A DNA stretch of 57,074 bases from a virus: UHGV virus genome UHGV-2195224. One strand, given 5' to 3'. Numbering within the stretch: the stretch's first letter is position 1; every line of letters begins with the position of its first letter. Under the pieces are notes generated by a model. That model did no database searches and was not told the DNA's origin. It saw nothing but the letters and a program-made list of their open reading frames with translations. Positions 10,410 to 20,095 of this stretch are shown here, piece after piece. Position numbers and translations under genes: made by a program.

Positions 10410-10955
10410 TCATATTGCCCCCAGCATGGTGGTGACCATCGCCATCAGTGGACCAGCCAGATCCGGGTCCACACGAAACATCGACACAATGCCTTCACTC
10501 ATCTCCTTCAGTTTCTGGTGGCGTGGTGCGTTGAGAATGACAGCCTGTTTTGCCTCACTGAGTTCCTTTTCCATTTCAGCCAGCCGAGCCATGAAGCTAT
10601 CCTGCTCAACCAGGTGGCCGCGATATTCCAGCGGTAGTACCGCCAGAATTGCCGGGGTCAGTTCACGCACGTTATTTCGGTATTTTTCAGAATCGAATTT
10701 GTTATCGAGGAAGCGGAACAGCTTCTGGCGTGCACGGCTGACATCATCAGGGAAATCGATGGTGCCGCCGCCCTGCTCCCGATACTCATTCACAATGAGT
10801 GCGGCAACAACATCCTGATTATCTGCAGCCGACCAGGCGCGAACGGCATCACGGATTTTTTCGTGGCCTGGCGCCTGTTTTGTTTGAGAACGATTTATCA
10901 CCGCAGTCGGGCTAAATCCGCTAGTCTGTTGGTATGTAAGTGGTTGCATAGTCAT
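10410..10955 (-). CDS. phage regulatory protein in the cII position (CP76/CII-like family?), 181 aa
   Basis: ORF MTMQPLTYQQTSGFSPTAVINRSQTKQAPGHEKIRDAVRAW...; sits between cro and O on the early-right operon; family assignment from memory. Confidence 0.45.
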   Translation of the reverse strand: MTMQPLTYQQTSGFSPTAVINRSQTKQAPGHEKIRDAVRAWSAADNQDVVAALIVNEYREQGGGTIDFPDDVSRARQKLFRFLDNKFDSEKYRNNVRELTPAILAVLPLEYRGHLVEQDSFMARLAEMEKELSEAKQAVILNAPRHQKLKEMSEGIVSMFRVDPDLAGPLMAMVTTMLGAI

Positions 10956-10979
10956 TGCCTTATCAGTTAACGCCGCAGA

Positions 10980-11207
10980 TTAGGCGGCAGAATTACTCGC
11001 GTTAAACAATGGTGCGAGGTCGGGACGAATATCTGCTGGTTTAATCTTTCCACCAGTGGCTGAGACAATTTTCATTACATAGCGGGCATCAATTCCGCCA
11101 CCGTGTAGCCAACGCCAAACAGTGGGCTGGGCTACACCGCATAGATCTGCCAGTCGTTTTTGACTACCTGTAATACTGATTGCGAGTTGAATGGTTTGAT
11201 TTGTCAT
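10980..11207 (-). CDS. cro: Cro-like HTH repressor
   Basis: 75-aa ORF with HTH ...GSQKRLADLCGVAQPTVWRWLHGG...; divergent from cI across an operator-bearing gap. Confidence 0.7.
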   Translation of the reverse strand: MTNQTIQLAISITGSQKRLADLCGVAQPTVWRWLHGGGIDARYVMKIVSATGGKIKPADIRPDLAPLFNASNSAA

Positions 11208-11317
11208 TATTAATTCCTATTGGTATTACAATGAATAAATAATAGCAATGCGTATTAATCACAGCAATAGCAAAACGTGTTTTGACCATCAATACGCAAG
11301 CGTATAAATTAAAACTT
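11208..11317. promoter_or_regulatory. immunity switch region (OR operators, pR/pRM) between cro and cI
   Basis: 110-bp AT-rich divergent gap with repeated motifs taatagcaatgcgtatta / cagcaatagcaa / atcaatacgcaagcgtat; same CAATAGCAAT family recurs at 13055-13150. Confidence 0.5.
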
Positions 11318-12010
11318 ATGAAAAAAGAAACTCTTGCTGATCGCTTAAACCTAGCGATGGAACAATCTGGAATGTCTCAAGGCGCTCTTGCAAAGGCGTC
11401 TGGCGTAGCTCAACCCACAATCTGGAGACTGACAAGCGGCAACGCGCGCGGCTCAACAAAAATTGTTGAAATAGCTAATGCATTGGGTGTTCGAACAGAG
11501 TGGCTCTCATCAGGCATAGGCCCGATGAGAAATGACGGTCAACAATTAGGGAAGCCTACTGCCAACCATCCCAAATACTTCAAGATTGACGTTCTTGATA
11601 TAGAAGTGAGTGCCGGGCCGGGAGTCATCAACCGTGAGTTTGTAGAAGTTCTACGCTCGGTTGAGTACTCGTTTGACGATGCTCGTCACATGTTCGATGG
11701 TAGGAAGGCAGAAAATATCCGCATCATTAACGTACGCGGTGACAGCATGTCAGGAACGATTGAACCTGGTGATCTTCTGTTCGTTGATATCACGGTTAAA
11801 TCTTTCGACGGTGATGGCATCTATGCGTTTCTGTACGACGACACCGCCCATGTAAAGCGCCTGCAAATGATGAAGGATAAGCTGCTGGTTATCTCTGATA
11901 ACAAGAGCTACTCACCGTGGGACCCGATCGAGAAAGACGAGATGAACCGGGTGTTCATCTTCGGTAAGGTTATTGGGAGCATGCCCCAGACGTACAGGAA
12001 ACATGGATAA
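11318..12010 (+). CDS. cI: CI repressor (HTH plus LexA/S24-like autocleavage domain)
   Basis: From internal ATG: MKKETLADRLNLAMEQSGMSQGALAKASGVAQPTIWRL...; C-terminal S24 peptidase domain with GDSM serine motif; no SD before ATG, consistent with leaderless pRM mRNA. Confidence 0.85.
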   Translation: MKKETLADRLNLAMEQSGMSQGALAKASGVAQPTIWRLTSGNARGSTKIVEIANALGVRTEWLSSGIGPMRNDGQQLGKPTANHPKYFKIDVLDIEVSAGPGVINREFVEVLRSVEYSFDDARHMFDGRKAENIRIINVRGDSMSGTIEPGDLLFVDITVKSFDGDGIYAFLYDDTAHVKRLQMMKDKLLVISDNKSYSPWDPIEKDEMNRVFIFGKVIGSMPQTYRKHG

Positions 12011-12076
12011 TCAGTACTGTGCTGATGAGTCGTTTAGGGGATAGTAAATTTAATTAGAATTAGACGAGAGCGATTT

Positions 12077-12940
12077 ATGGATTGTGACGCTTTACAGGAT
12101 ATAAAAATCTCTCTTAGGTATGACGGAAAAGATGCTTTAAATCATGAAATAGATTTGAACTGCCTAGGAGAATCCCTAAAGGGTTTTTCTAAAGTTCTCT
12201 CAACAGCAGCTTCTTTCTCTGTTACACAAAAATATAGTAAATACATTAATTATCAGGAAGTTAAGGTTTACGCACGCGAAGCAAAAGCTAACTGCTTTAC
12301 TCTTGAAGCAGTTCTTAACTTCGCCACTCAGAACCAGTTGTTCTCGGGGATCGCCGCAACTATACTTGGCGCAATACTACAATATATTTTTGCGAGAAAT
12401 TCTAACAAGAAAGATGAAATGAAAGCTTTGCAGCAGTCACTTGAAAAGGCCATAGAGGCACTAGGAAACAAGGATGCTGGAACCATTGATAAGTTGATCT
12501 CTTTGATTGACCGAATGGCTGTAGAGCTTCGCCCCTCTGTAAGGCAGGCAGTATCACCTATTGGTAATACTTGCGATCAGATAAGTGTTGCAACAAATGT
12601 TGACGGCTGCCTTCTAAAAGTTAACGAGAGAGATAAAGCTGAAATTGATAGGCTTGATGATGATGAAGTTCTCGGTCTTCGTGAGTATCGTGCTTTTCTT
12701 ACAGAATTTGATGCACAAAATATGACAGCTAAAATAATTTTAGATGGTGATGACTCAAAAAAGAGAATCACTGCTGAAATTAGCGATCCAGCTGCAGGAA
12801 AGAAGAATAACCCGTATATTAGAGCTCTTAGTGCATATATATCAACCAAAGGTGATCCATCTGCAGTATTCACTATAACCGCAAAGGCTACTGTTAAAAA
12901 AGGCCAGATAAACAGGTTATTTATTGTAGATGCGAAATGA
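12077..12940 (+). CDS. uncharacterized 287-aa protein in the rexAB/sieB slot downstream of cI
   Basis: [39 protein letters not shown]...; one hydrophobic segment [19 protein letters not shown]; AT-rich; co-directional with cI and followed by a terminator. Confidence 0.6.
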   Translation: MDCDALQDIKISLRYDGKDALNHEIDLNCLGESLKGFSKVLSTAASFSVTQKYSKYINYQEVKVYAREAKANCFTLEAVLNFATQNQLFSGIAATILGAILQYIFARNSNKKDEMKALQQSLEKAIEALGNKDAGTIDKLISLIDRMAVELRPSVRQAVSPIGNTCDQISVATNVDGCLLKVNERDKAEIDRLDDDEVLGLREYRAFLTEFDAQNMTAKIILDGDDSKKRITAEISDPAAGKKNNPYIRALSAYISTKGDPSAVFTITAKATVKKGQINRLFIVDAK

Positions 12941-12944
12941 TTTC

Positions 12945-12971
12945 CCCGGCCGTCGTGCCGGGTTTTCTTTT
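12945..12971 (+). terminator. intrinsic terminator ending the cI-cargo transcript
   Basis: stem cccggc/gccggg with 6-nt loop followed by TTTTCTTTT. Confidence 0.6.
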
Positions 12972-13054
12972 GCCTCCCCTCATCACATAAACCGTTCAAA
13001 AAACCACCACGACCTCGCTTCAGTTATCGCTATGCGATGCAAGTCACAAAATTA

Positions 13055-13150
13055 ATTCTTTTTGCTATCAAACAGTTAATATCAAAACACATCAATCAAT
13101 AGCAATAAGTATTGATATAGTCAATAGCAATAGCTATTATCACCATGTCG
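13055..13150. promoter_or_regulatory. putative OL/pL operator-promoter region
   Basis: palindromic motifs atcaatagcaataagtattgat and aatagctatt sharing the CAATAGCAAT core with the cro-cI gap. Confidence 0.4.
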
Positions 13151-13417
13151 CAACAACACAACGATACGGCAATCACCTGATTCACCGTTGCGATGACCGC
13201 TTAGATCCGCAGCTTGAATTTCAGCAGGCTCCGGGGAGTGCGAGGGGTGAAGCGGACGCGTGAACGTCGGTGTGACCAGCTGAAATCAACTCAACACCTC
13301 ATACCTCAGTCGCTTCAACGAGGCGGCTTAGTTATGACAACCGGCGGCCATCCACCGCCTGAATACGCGCAGAAGTCTCTATATGTTCAGCAGCCCAGCT
13401 TACGGGCAGGAGTTTTT

Positions 13418-13624
13418 ATGGTTCATCAACATTACGGAACGCAGACCGTTAATCGAGGTGCGGTCATGCCAGGAATGCTGGTCAAACACAAAGATGGTAC
13501 CTGGACTGCATCAGCTAATTTACGCGGACGGCTTTATCTGCATCGCGGCATCGAGCGCACTTATACCCGTGATTTGCTCGTGGAAGTTTTTCTCGACGGA
13601 CGCGGTAACGGCCTCAATCACTAA
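13418..13624 (+). CDS. small early-left-operon protein (68 aa), function unknown (Kil/cIII position)
   Basis: ATG at 13418 preceded by strong SD caggag; [44 protein letters not shown]...; the longer track ORF from 13214 begins at TTG. Confidence 0.35.
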   Translation: MVHQHYGTQTVNRGAVMPGMLVKHKDGTWTASANLRGRLYLHRGIERTYTRDLLVEVFLDGRGNGLNH

Positions 13625-13699
13625 TCCCCTTTCCTGTTTTCCTAATCAGCCGGGCATTTCGCGGGCGATATTTTCACAGCCATTTTCAGGAGTTCAGCC

Positions 13700-13996
13700 A
13701 TGAACGCTTATTACATTCAGGATCGTCTTGAGGCTCAGAGCTGGGCACGTCACTACCAGCAGATCGCCCGTGAAGAGAAAGAGGCAGAACTGGCAGACGA
13801 CATGGAAAAGGGTCTGTCCCAGCACCTGTTTGAATCACTCTGCATCGATCATTTGCAACGCCACGGGGCCAGCAAAAAAGCCATTACCCGTGCGTTTGAT
13901 GACGATGTTGAGTTTCAGGAGCGCATGGCAGAACACATCCGGTACATGGTTGAAACCATTGCTCACCATCAGGTTGATATTGATTCAGAGGTATAA
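13700..13996 (+). CDS. gam: Gam (RecBCD inhibitor), short GamS form
   Basis: 98-aa [63 protein letters not shown]...; in-frame stop upstream excludes the long form. Confidence 0.9.
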   Translation: MNAYYIQDRLEAQSWARHYQQIAREEKEAELADDMEKGLSQHLFESLCIDHLQRHGASKKAITRAFDDDVEFQERMAEHIRYMVETIAHHQVDIDSEV

Positions 13997-14001
13997 AACG
14001 G

Positions 14002-14787
14002 ATGAGTACAGCACTCGCAACGCTGGCAGGGAAGCTGGCTGAACGTGTCGGCATGGATTCTGTCGACCCACAGGAACTGATCACCACTCTTCGCCAGACA
14101 GCATTTAAAGGCGATGCCAGCGATGCGCAGTTCATCGCATTGTTGATCGTCGCCAACCAGTACGGCCTTAATCCGTGGACGAAAGAAATTTACGCCTTCC
14201 CTGATAAGCAGAACGGCATCGTTCCGGTGGTGGGCGTTGATGGCTGGTCCCGCATCATCAATGAAAACCAGCAGTTTGATGGCATGGACTTTGAGCAGGA
14301 CAATGAATCCTGTACATGCCGGATTTACCGCAAGGACCGTAATCATCCGATCTGCGTTACCGAGTGGATGGATGAATGCCGCCGCGAACCATTCAAAACC
14401 CGCGAAGGCAGAGAAATCACCGGCCCGTGGCAGTCGCATCCCAAACGGATGTTACGGCATAAAGCCATGATTCAGTGTGCCCGTCTCGCCTTCGGATTTG
14501 CTGGTATCTATGACAAGGATGAAGCCGAGCGCATTGTCGAAAATACTGCATACACTGCAGAACGTCAGCCAGAACGCGACATCACTCCGGTTAACGATGA
14601 AACCATGCAGGAGATTAACACTCTGCTGATCGCCCTGGATAAAACATGGGATGACGACTTATTGCCGCTCTGTTCCCAGATATTTCGCCGCGACATTCGC
14701 GCATCGTCAGAACTGACACAGGCCGAAGCAGTGAAAGCTCTTGGATTCCTGAAACAGAAAGCCACTGAGCAGAAGGCGGCAGCATGA
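14002..14787 (+). CDS. bet: Bet / Red-beta single-strand annealing recombinase
   Basis: 261-aa [69 protein letters not shown]... Confidence 0.9.
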   Translation: MSTALATLAGKLAERVGMDSVDPQELITTLRQTAFKGDASDAQFIALLIVANQYGLNPWTKEIYAFPDKQNGIVPVVGVDGWSRIINENQQFDGMDFEQDNESCTCRIYRKDRNHPICVTEWMDECRREPFKTREGREITGPWQSHPKRMLRHKAMIQCARLAFGFAGIYDKDEAERIVENTAYTAERQPERDITPVNDETMQEINTLLIALDKTWDDDLLPLCSQIFRRDIRASSELTQAEAVKALGFLKQKATEQKAAA

Positions 14788-15464
14788 TACCGGACATTAT
14801 CCTGCAGCGTACCGGGATCGACGTGAGAGCTGTCGAACAGGGGGATGATGCATGGCACAAATTACGGCTCGGCGTCATCACCGCTTCAGAAGTTCACAAC
14901 GTGATAGCAAAGCCCCGCTCAGGAAAGAAGTGGCCTGACATGAAAATGTCCTACTTCCACACCCTGCTGGCTGAGGTTTGCACCGGTGTGGCTCCGGAAG
15001 TTAATGCTAAGGCGCTGGCCTGGGGAAAACAGTACGAGAACGACGCCAGAACCCTGTTTGAATTCACTTCCGGCGTGAATGTTACTGAATCCCCGATCAT
15101 CTATCGCGACGAAAGTATGCGCACCGCCTGCTCTCCCGATGGTTTATGCAGTGACGGCAATGGCCTTGAGCTGAAATGCCCGTTTACCTCCCGGGATTTC
15201 ATGAAGTTCCGGCTCGGTGGTTTCGAGGCCATAAAGTCGGCTTACATGGCCCAGGTGCAGTACAGCATGTGGGTGACGCGAAAAGATGCCTGGTACTTTG
15301 CCAACTATGACCCGCGTATGAAGCGTGAAGGACTGCATTATGTCGTGGTTGAGCGGGATGAAAAGTACATGGCGAGTTTTGACGAGATGGTGCCGGAGTT
15401 CATCGAAAAAATGGACGAGGCACTGGCTGAAATTGGTTTTGTATTTGGGGAGCAATGGCGATGA
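14784..15464 (+). CDS. exo: lambda exonuclease (Exo / Red-alpha)
   Basis: 226-aa [68 protein letters not shown]...; overlaps bet stop. Confidence 0.9.
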   Translation: MIPDIILQRTGIDVRAVEQGDDAWHKLRLGVITASEVHNVIAKPRSGKKWPDMKMSYFHTLLAEVCTGVAPEVNAKALAWGKQYENDARTLFEFTSGVNVTESPIIYRDESMRTACSPDGLCSDGNGLELKCPFTSRDFMKFRLGGFEAIKSAYMAQVQYSMWVTRKDAWYFANYDPRMKREGLHYVVVERDEKYMASFDEMVPEFIEKMDEALAEIGFVFGEQWR

Positions 15465-15643
15465 CGCATCCTCACGATAATATCCGGGTAGGCGCGATCA
15501 CTTTCGTCTACTCCGTTACAAAGCGAGGCTGGGTATTTCCCGGCCTTTCTGTTATCCAAAATCCACTGAAAGCCCAGCGGCTGGCTGAGGAGATAAATAA
15601 TAAACGAGGGGCTGTATGCACAAAGCATCTCCCGTTGAGTTAA
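15455..15643 (+). CDS. small lambdoid early protein (lambda orf61-like)
   Basis: 62-aa [34 protein letters not shown]...; immediately after exo. Confidence 0.45.
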   Translation: MAMTHPHDNIRVGAITFVYSVTKRGWVFPGLSVIQNPLKAQRLAEEINNKRGAVCTKHLPLS

Positions 15644-15807
15644 GAACGAGTATCGAGATGGCACATAGCCTCGCTCAAATTGGAGTCAGGTTTGTGCCAA
15701 TACCAGTAGAAACAGACGAAGAATTTCATACGTTAGCCACATCCCTTTCACAAAAGCTGGAAATGATGGTGGCGAAAGCAGAAGCAGATGAGAGAGACCA
15801 GGTATGA
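15616..15807 (+). CDS. small lambdoid early protein (lambda orf63-like)
   Basis: 63-aa [40 protein letters not shown]... Confidence 0.45.
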   Translation: MHKASPVELRTSIEMAHSLAQIGVRFVPIPVETDEEFHTLATSLSQKLEMMVAKAEADERDQV

Positions 15808-15883
15808 CAACCACTGAATGCATTTTTCTGGCAGCGGGCTTCATATTCTGTGTGCTTATGCTTGCCGACATGGGACTTGTTCA

Positions 15884-16099
15884 ATGACACCTCAGCAAGA
15901 AAACGCCCTTCGCAGTATTGCCCGTCAGGCTAATTATGAAATCAAAAAAGCCAGACAGCAGTTTCCGGATAAAAACGTCGATGACATTTGCCGTAGCGTA
16001 CTGAAGAAGCACCGCGAAACGGTAACGCTGATGGGATTCACACCGACTCATTTAAGCCTGGCGATCGGCATGTTAAACGGCGTCTTTAAGGAACGGTGA
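15884..16099 (+). CDS. small hypothetical early protein
   Basis: internal ATG MTPQQENALRSIARQANYEIKKARQQFPDKNVDDICRSVLKKHRETV... Confidence 0.4.
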   Translation: MTPQQENALRSIARQANYEIKKARQQFPDKNVDDICRSVLKKHRETVTLMGFTPTHLSLAIGMLNGVFKER

Positions 16100-16121
16100 A
16101 CATGAAAAACAAAATCATCAT

Positions 16122-16148
16122 GGAGCTACAGGCTCCTTTTTTATTATT
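16122..16148 (+). terminator. possible intrinsic terminator
   Basis: hairpin ggagctacaggctcc followed by TTTTTTATTATT. Confidence 0.45.
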
Positions 16149-16197
16149 CGCATTCACCCTCAAGCGTATTAACCAACAATTCAGGGATTAATGAAAG

Positions 16198-16416
16198 ATG
16201 GCAGACATCATTGATTCAGCATCAGAAATTGAAGAATTACAGCGCAACACAGCAATAAAAATGCGCCGCCTGAACCACCAGGCTATATCTGCCACTCATT
16301 GTTGTGAGTGTGGCGATCCGATAGATGAACGAAGACGCCTGGCCGTTCAGGGTTGTCGGACTTGTGCAAGTTGCCAGGAGGAGATCGAACTTAAGAACAA
16401 ACAATGGGGACTGTGA
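16198..16416 (+). CDS. TraR/DksA-family C4 zinc-finger protein
   Basis: 72-aa ORF with CCECGDPIDERRRLAVQGCRTCASC (two CxxC pairs). Confidence 0.7.
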   Translation: MADIIDSASEIEELQRNTAIKMRRLNHQAISATHCCECGDPIDERRRLAVQGCRTCASCQEEIELKNKQWGL

Positions 16417-16463
16417 TGGCCTCAAAGCAGCAAATTTCAACATCGTCCAACTGAGGTGTAAAA

Positions 16464-16703
16464 ATGTTCAGAATCATTTTTCCTAACACCTGGTACGTCG
16501 ACCACCACGGCACTCCCTGCAAAATCCTGCGTTCTACCCACAACAAAGTTCACTACATCCGAAAAGGCAGAACATGTATCGCCAGCATGTTCCGCTTTAA
16601 TCATGACTTTGAACCTGTGAATAAAGCTGATGCAGATCGGATAGCAGAAGAGATCGAAACGGCAGAACACATTAAGAAGTTACGTGCCATACGCAGGAAA
16701 TAG
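16464..16703 (+). CDS. hypothetical small protein
   Basis: 79-aa ORF with SD gaggtg; MFRIIFPNTWYVDHHGTPCKILRSTHNKVHYIRKG... Confidence 0.4.
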   Translation: MFRIIFPNTWYVDHHGTPCKILRSTHNKVHYIRKGRTCIASMFRFNHDFEPVNKADADRIAEEIETAEHIKKLRAIRRK

Positions 16704-16842
16704 AAAAATTGATAAATTCAATACTGCATTTCTCAGCATTAAATTTATCTCTATGACCAGTCAAGAGATGTACCTGCCATGAGCTTAATATCATGTCAGA
16801 TATATCGGTCACAAACTCCCTCAGCAGCTAAGAGGAGGACAA

Positions 16843-17079
16843 ATGTCTCGACTAATCACTTTACAGGACTGGGCTAAAGAAGAATTTGGGGACTTAGCAC
16901 CAAGTGAGCGAGTTCTGAAAAAATACGCGCAAGGGAAAATGATGGCCCCACCCGCTATAAAAGTTGGTCGCTACTGGATGATTGACCGAAATTCCCGTTT
17001 TGTAGGAACGCTTGCAGAACCGCAACTCCCAATAAACGCAAACCCAAAACTCCAACGGATAATCGCTGATGGCTGCTAG
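16843..17079 (+). CDS. xis: excisionase-like protein
   Basis: 78-aa ORF with strong SD aggagg, directly upstream of and overlapping int; homologous to 55721-55966. Confidence 0.6.
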   Translation: MSRLITLQDWAKEEFGDLAPSERVLKKYAQGKMMAPPAIKVGRYWMIDRNSRFVGTLAEPQLPINANPKLQRIIADGC

Positions 17080-18211
17080 ACCCCGATCTCACAAAATCTC
17101 TATACCCAATTTATATTGCAAATTAGATAAGCGAACCGGAAAGGTATATTGGCAATACAAACATCCACTATCCGGTCGTTTTCATAGCTTAGGAACTGAT
17201 GAGAATGAAGCAAAACAAGTTGCTACTGAAGCAAATATCATTATTGCTGAACAACGTACCCGACAAATATTAAGCGTCAATGAGCGTCTGGAAAGAATGA
17301 AAGGCAGGCGCTCAGACATTACGGTGACAGAATGGCTTGATAAATATATTTCTATCCAGGAGGACAGGCTGCAACATAATGAACTAAGACCCAACTCCTA
17401 TCGGCAAAAAGGCAAACCCATTCGTCTTTTCCGTGAGCATTGTGGAATGCAACACCTCAAGGATATTACCGCACTTGATATTGCCGAAATAATTGATGCT
17501 GTAAAGGCTGAAGGTCATAACAGGATGGCGCAAGTCGTGAGAATGGTGTTAATCGACGTCTTCAAAGAAGCACAACACGCAGGACATGTTCCGCCAGGAT
17601 TTAACCCAGCGCAGGCAACAAAACAACCGCGAAATCGAGTAAACCGCCAAAGATTATCACTGCCCGAATGGCAGGCAATATTTGACAGCGTAAGCAGACG
17701 GCAGCCCTATTTAAAATGTGGGATGCTACTTGCTCTTGTCACTGGACAACGTTTAGGCGATATCTGCAATTTGAAATTCTCTGATATCTGGGACGACATG
17801 TTGCACATTACTCAGGAAAAAACCGGTTCAAAACTTGCTATTCCGCTTAACCTGAAATGCGATGCTCTGAATATTACCCTTCGTGAAGTTATATCTCAGT
17901 GCAGGGATGCTGTTGTTAGTAAATATCTGGTCCATTACCGTCACACAACCTCTCAAGCAAACAGAGGAGACCAGGTTTCTGCGAATACTCTGACAACGGC
18001 TTTTAAAAAGGCCAGGGAAAAATGTGGCATAAAATGGGAGCAAGGAACTGCGCCCACATTTCATGAGCAGCGATCTCTGTCAGAACGGTTATATCGGGAA
18101 CAGGGTCTGGATACGCAAAAGTTGTTAGGCCATAAATCCAGAAAAATGACCGACCGATACAATGATGATCGTGGTAAAGACTGGATTATCGTAGATATCA
18201 AAACAGCATAG
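17069..18211 (+). CDS. int: tyrosine integrase (lambda Int family), icd-targeting type
   Basis: 380-aa ORF; catalytic-domain motifs ...LVTGQRLGDI..., ...HEQRSL..., ...LLGHKSRKMTDRY...; adjacent to the icd-derived att core; paralogous to 55947-57074. Confidence 0.9.
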   Translation: MAARPRSHKISIPNLYCKLDKRTGKVYWQYKHPLSGRFHSLGTDENEAKQVATEANIIIAEQRTRQILSVNERLERMKGRRSDITVTEWLDKYISIQEDRLQHNELRPNSYRQKGKPIRLFREHCGMQHLKDITALDIAEIIDAVKAEGHNRMAQVVRMVLIDVFKEAQHAGHVPPGFNPAQATKQPRNRVNRQRLSLPEWQAIFDSVSRRQPYLKCGMLLALVTGQRLGDICNLKFSDIWDDMLHITQEKTGSKLAIPLNLKCDALNITLREVISQCRDAVVSKYLVHYRHTTSQANRGDQVSANTLTTAFKKAREKCGIKWEQGTAPTFHEQRSLSERLYREQGLDTQKLLGHKSRKMTDRYNDDRGKDWIIVDIKTA

Positions 18212-18220
18212 AAAATAGCC

Positions 18221-18258
18221 AGTTTTGGGGAAGGGTTTTGGGGAAAGTTTTGGGGAAG
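18221..18258. repeat. three tandem direct repeats (a/g)gttttggggaa(g/a), candidate Int arm-type sites
   Basis: agttttggggaag / ggttttggggaaa / gttttggggaag directly after the int stop. Confidence 0.4.
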
Positions 18259-18279
18259 ATTTTACATCATCATAAAACA

Positions 18280-18305
18280 ACGGGCGTGTTATACGCCCGT
18301 TTCAA
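18280..18305. terminator. bidirectional hairpin between int and the icd fragment
   Basis: stem acgggcgt/acgcccgt with gttat loop, flanked by AT-rich tracts. Confidence 0.45.
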
Positions 18306-18324
18306 TATTTAACACATGTAGAGA

Positions 18325-18489
18325 TTACATGTTCTTGATGATCGCGTCACCAAACTCTGAACATTTCAGCAGTTTAGCGCCTTCCATCAGACGTTCGAAG
18401 TCATAGGTTACGGTCTTCGCGTTGATTGCGCCTTCCATACCTTTAACAATCAGGTCTGCGGCTTCAGTCCAGCCCATATGGCGCAGCAG
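18325..18489 (-). pseudogene. icd: isocitrate dehydrogenase (icd) 3-prime-terminal fragment = prophage att core
   Basis: Minus-strand translation [54 protein letters not shown] then stop; an in-frame TAA sits immediately upstream so it is not fused to an icd body. Confidence 0.8.
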
Positions 18490-18933
18490 TAGTTAGATGG
18501 TTCATATACAACCGCATGATAAATAAAAATAATCCTATAATTTTATTGTAAATCAACTGGCTTTTATCTTTCCCCTAACCTATTGATTATCAATGTATGT
18601 TTTTTGGTTTTGATAACCGTTTTAGAGGGCAAAAACAAGTGCCTGTACCTATCAGCCCCTTCACGGCAAAGGGATTTTAAATCATGCGTGTTTTCACAAA
18701 CTATCAATGGCTTAACTAAATTTTTCGCCAATAACGTACGCTGTGAGTGAGAGGTGGATATGAAGTTACACACTCCCGGAAAATAAAGAATTGAGCGTTA
18801 TCTCATGCTATTAATGAAAAGTGTTTGCTTAATAGATTACATATAACTATGATTCAAGCCCAATTAAAGTCGTGTGTCTTTGGCTTAAATTGGCAAACAA
18901 ACAATCAAGTCAAGAATATAAAGGAACTATTCA

Positions 18934-19902
18934 ATGAATAAGAATTATAAAACGTTTAAACTTGAACTATGGGAGAAGTTTAAGCATCAATGTGCTTACT
19001 GTGGCACTAAACTTTATGAACCATTGATGGCGGATGTTGATCGTTTTTTCCCAAAATCAAAGTATACTGACTTCCAAGATGCTACAGACAACCTGCTCAT
19101 CGCTTGTAAGGCATGTAGCATGATTAAAAAAGATCAGTTTCCTCTCGATGAAAATGGCAAACCATTACTTCTAAATCCTTTAAATGAAAGTTTTTCAGAA
19201 CATATAAAACAAAATAAAAATGGATATTTAGAAGGTTTAACTGAGCGAGGACATGCGACTATAGATATATTACAGTTGAATAGACCTTCATTAATTGAAC
19301 AGCGCATTCTAGATGTTATTGATATGCAGTACTCTGATGATCGAACGCTATCTGAACGAGATGTCTATATGACATTCCAAAATAGTATGCAGAACGCCAT
19401 AAAACTAAATGATGCTCAGTTAAAAATTGATAGCACTTTACAAATACAAATGTCGTATATGCTATATGCCAATACAATAACTTCCTTGGAAACATATTTA
19501 TGTGACAGATTTATTTCCCTAATTCATGGTAGCCAAACTAATTTGAGAAATTTTGTTGAAACCTTCAAAGATTACAATACAGAAAAATTCTTACTTTCTG
19601 AATTATTTATAAGGCATGAACAAATAGAGTCTCAAGCGATAGAGTCTATGAAGAGTGTTCTTTATCATAATCTGCCAAAAGTAAGTGGCATGTATCGAGA
19701 TACCTTTGGTATTAAATTCCCTGTTTTCACAGAAGTTTATAAAAGCGTGTTAATTAGGCATGACTTAGTTCATCGAGCAGGTAAAACAAAAAATGGTAAT
19801 TTTCATAAGTTAGATTCAGAGTCAGTTAAAGATGTTATCAAAAAATGCTGTGACTTGGTTGAACAACTAGAAAAAGAGCTTAAAGATTGTGCATCATTCT
19901 AG
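18934..19902 (+). CDS. uncharacterized protein: N-terminal HNH-like Cys4 zinc-finger domain plus C-terminal helical domain with R-x4-H (HEPN-like) motif
   Basis: 322-aa AT-rich ORF; CAYCG...DVDRFFPKSKY...DNLLIACKACSMIKKD (Arg where the catalytic His is expected); C-terminal ...SVLIRHDLVHRAGK...; SD aagga. Confidence 0.55.
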   Translation: MNKNYKTFKLELWEKFKHQCAYCGTKLYEPLMADVDRFFPKSKYTDFQDATDNLLIACKACSMIKKDQFPLDENGKPLLLNPLNESFSEHIKQNKNGYLEGLTERGHATIDILQLNRPSLIEQRILDVIDMQYSDDRTLSERDVYMTFQNSMQNAIKLNDAQLKIDSTLQIQMSYMLYANTITSLETYLCDRFISLIHGSQTNLRNFVETFKDYNTEKFLLSELFIRHEQIESQAIESMKSVLYHNLPKVSGMYRDTFGIKFPVFTEVYKSVLIRHDLVHRAGKTKNGNFHKLDSESVKDVIKKCCDLVEQLEKELKDCASF

Positions 19903-20095
19903 GTAATTGCCACCAAATCGAAGGTGATCGCGCTTGCGGTCACCAAAAGTAATAAACTATTCATTCCCATTCGATCATCTGAACCAACACAATTTTATTT
20001 AATAAAGTTGACCTACTTCATTATTTGATACCCATCCAATGTGCGCAAGGGCTGCTTCTGGCACATGGTTACCCTTGATGAGAAGGTAGATCACC

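Noticed and set aside
13214-13417. Arg-rich segment (RGVRGVKRTRERR) at the start of the 13214 ORF that looked like an N-protein arginine-rich motif
   Set aside because: The ORF begins at TTG with no RBS and the first ATG with an SD is far downstream; no boxA/boxB nut hairpin identified; more likely untranslated leader
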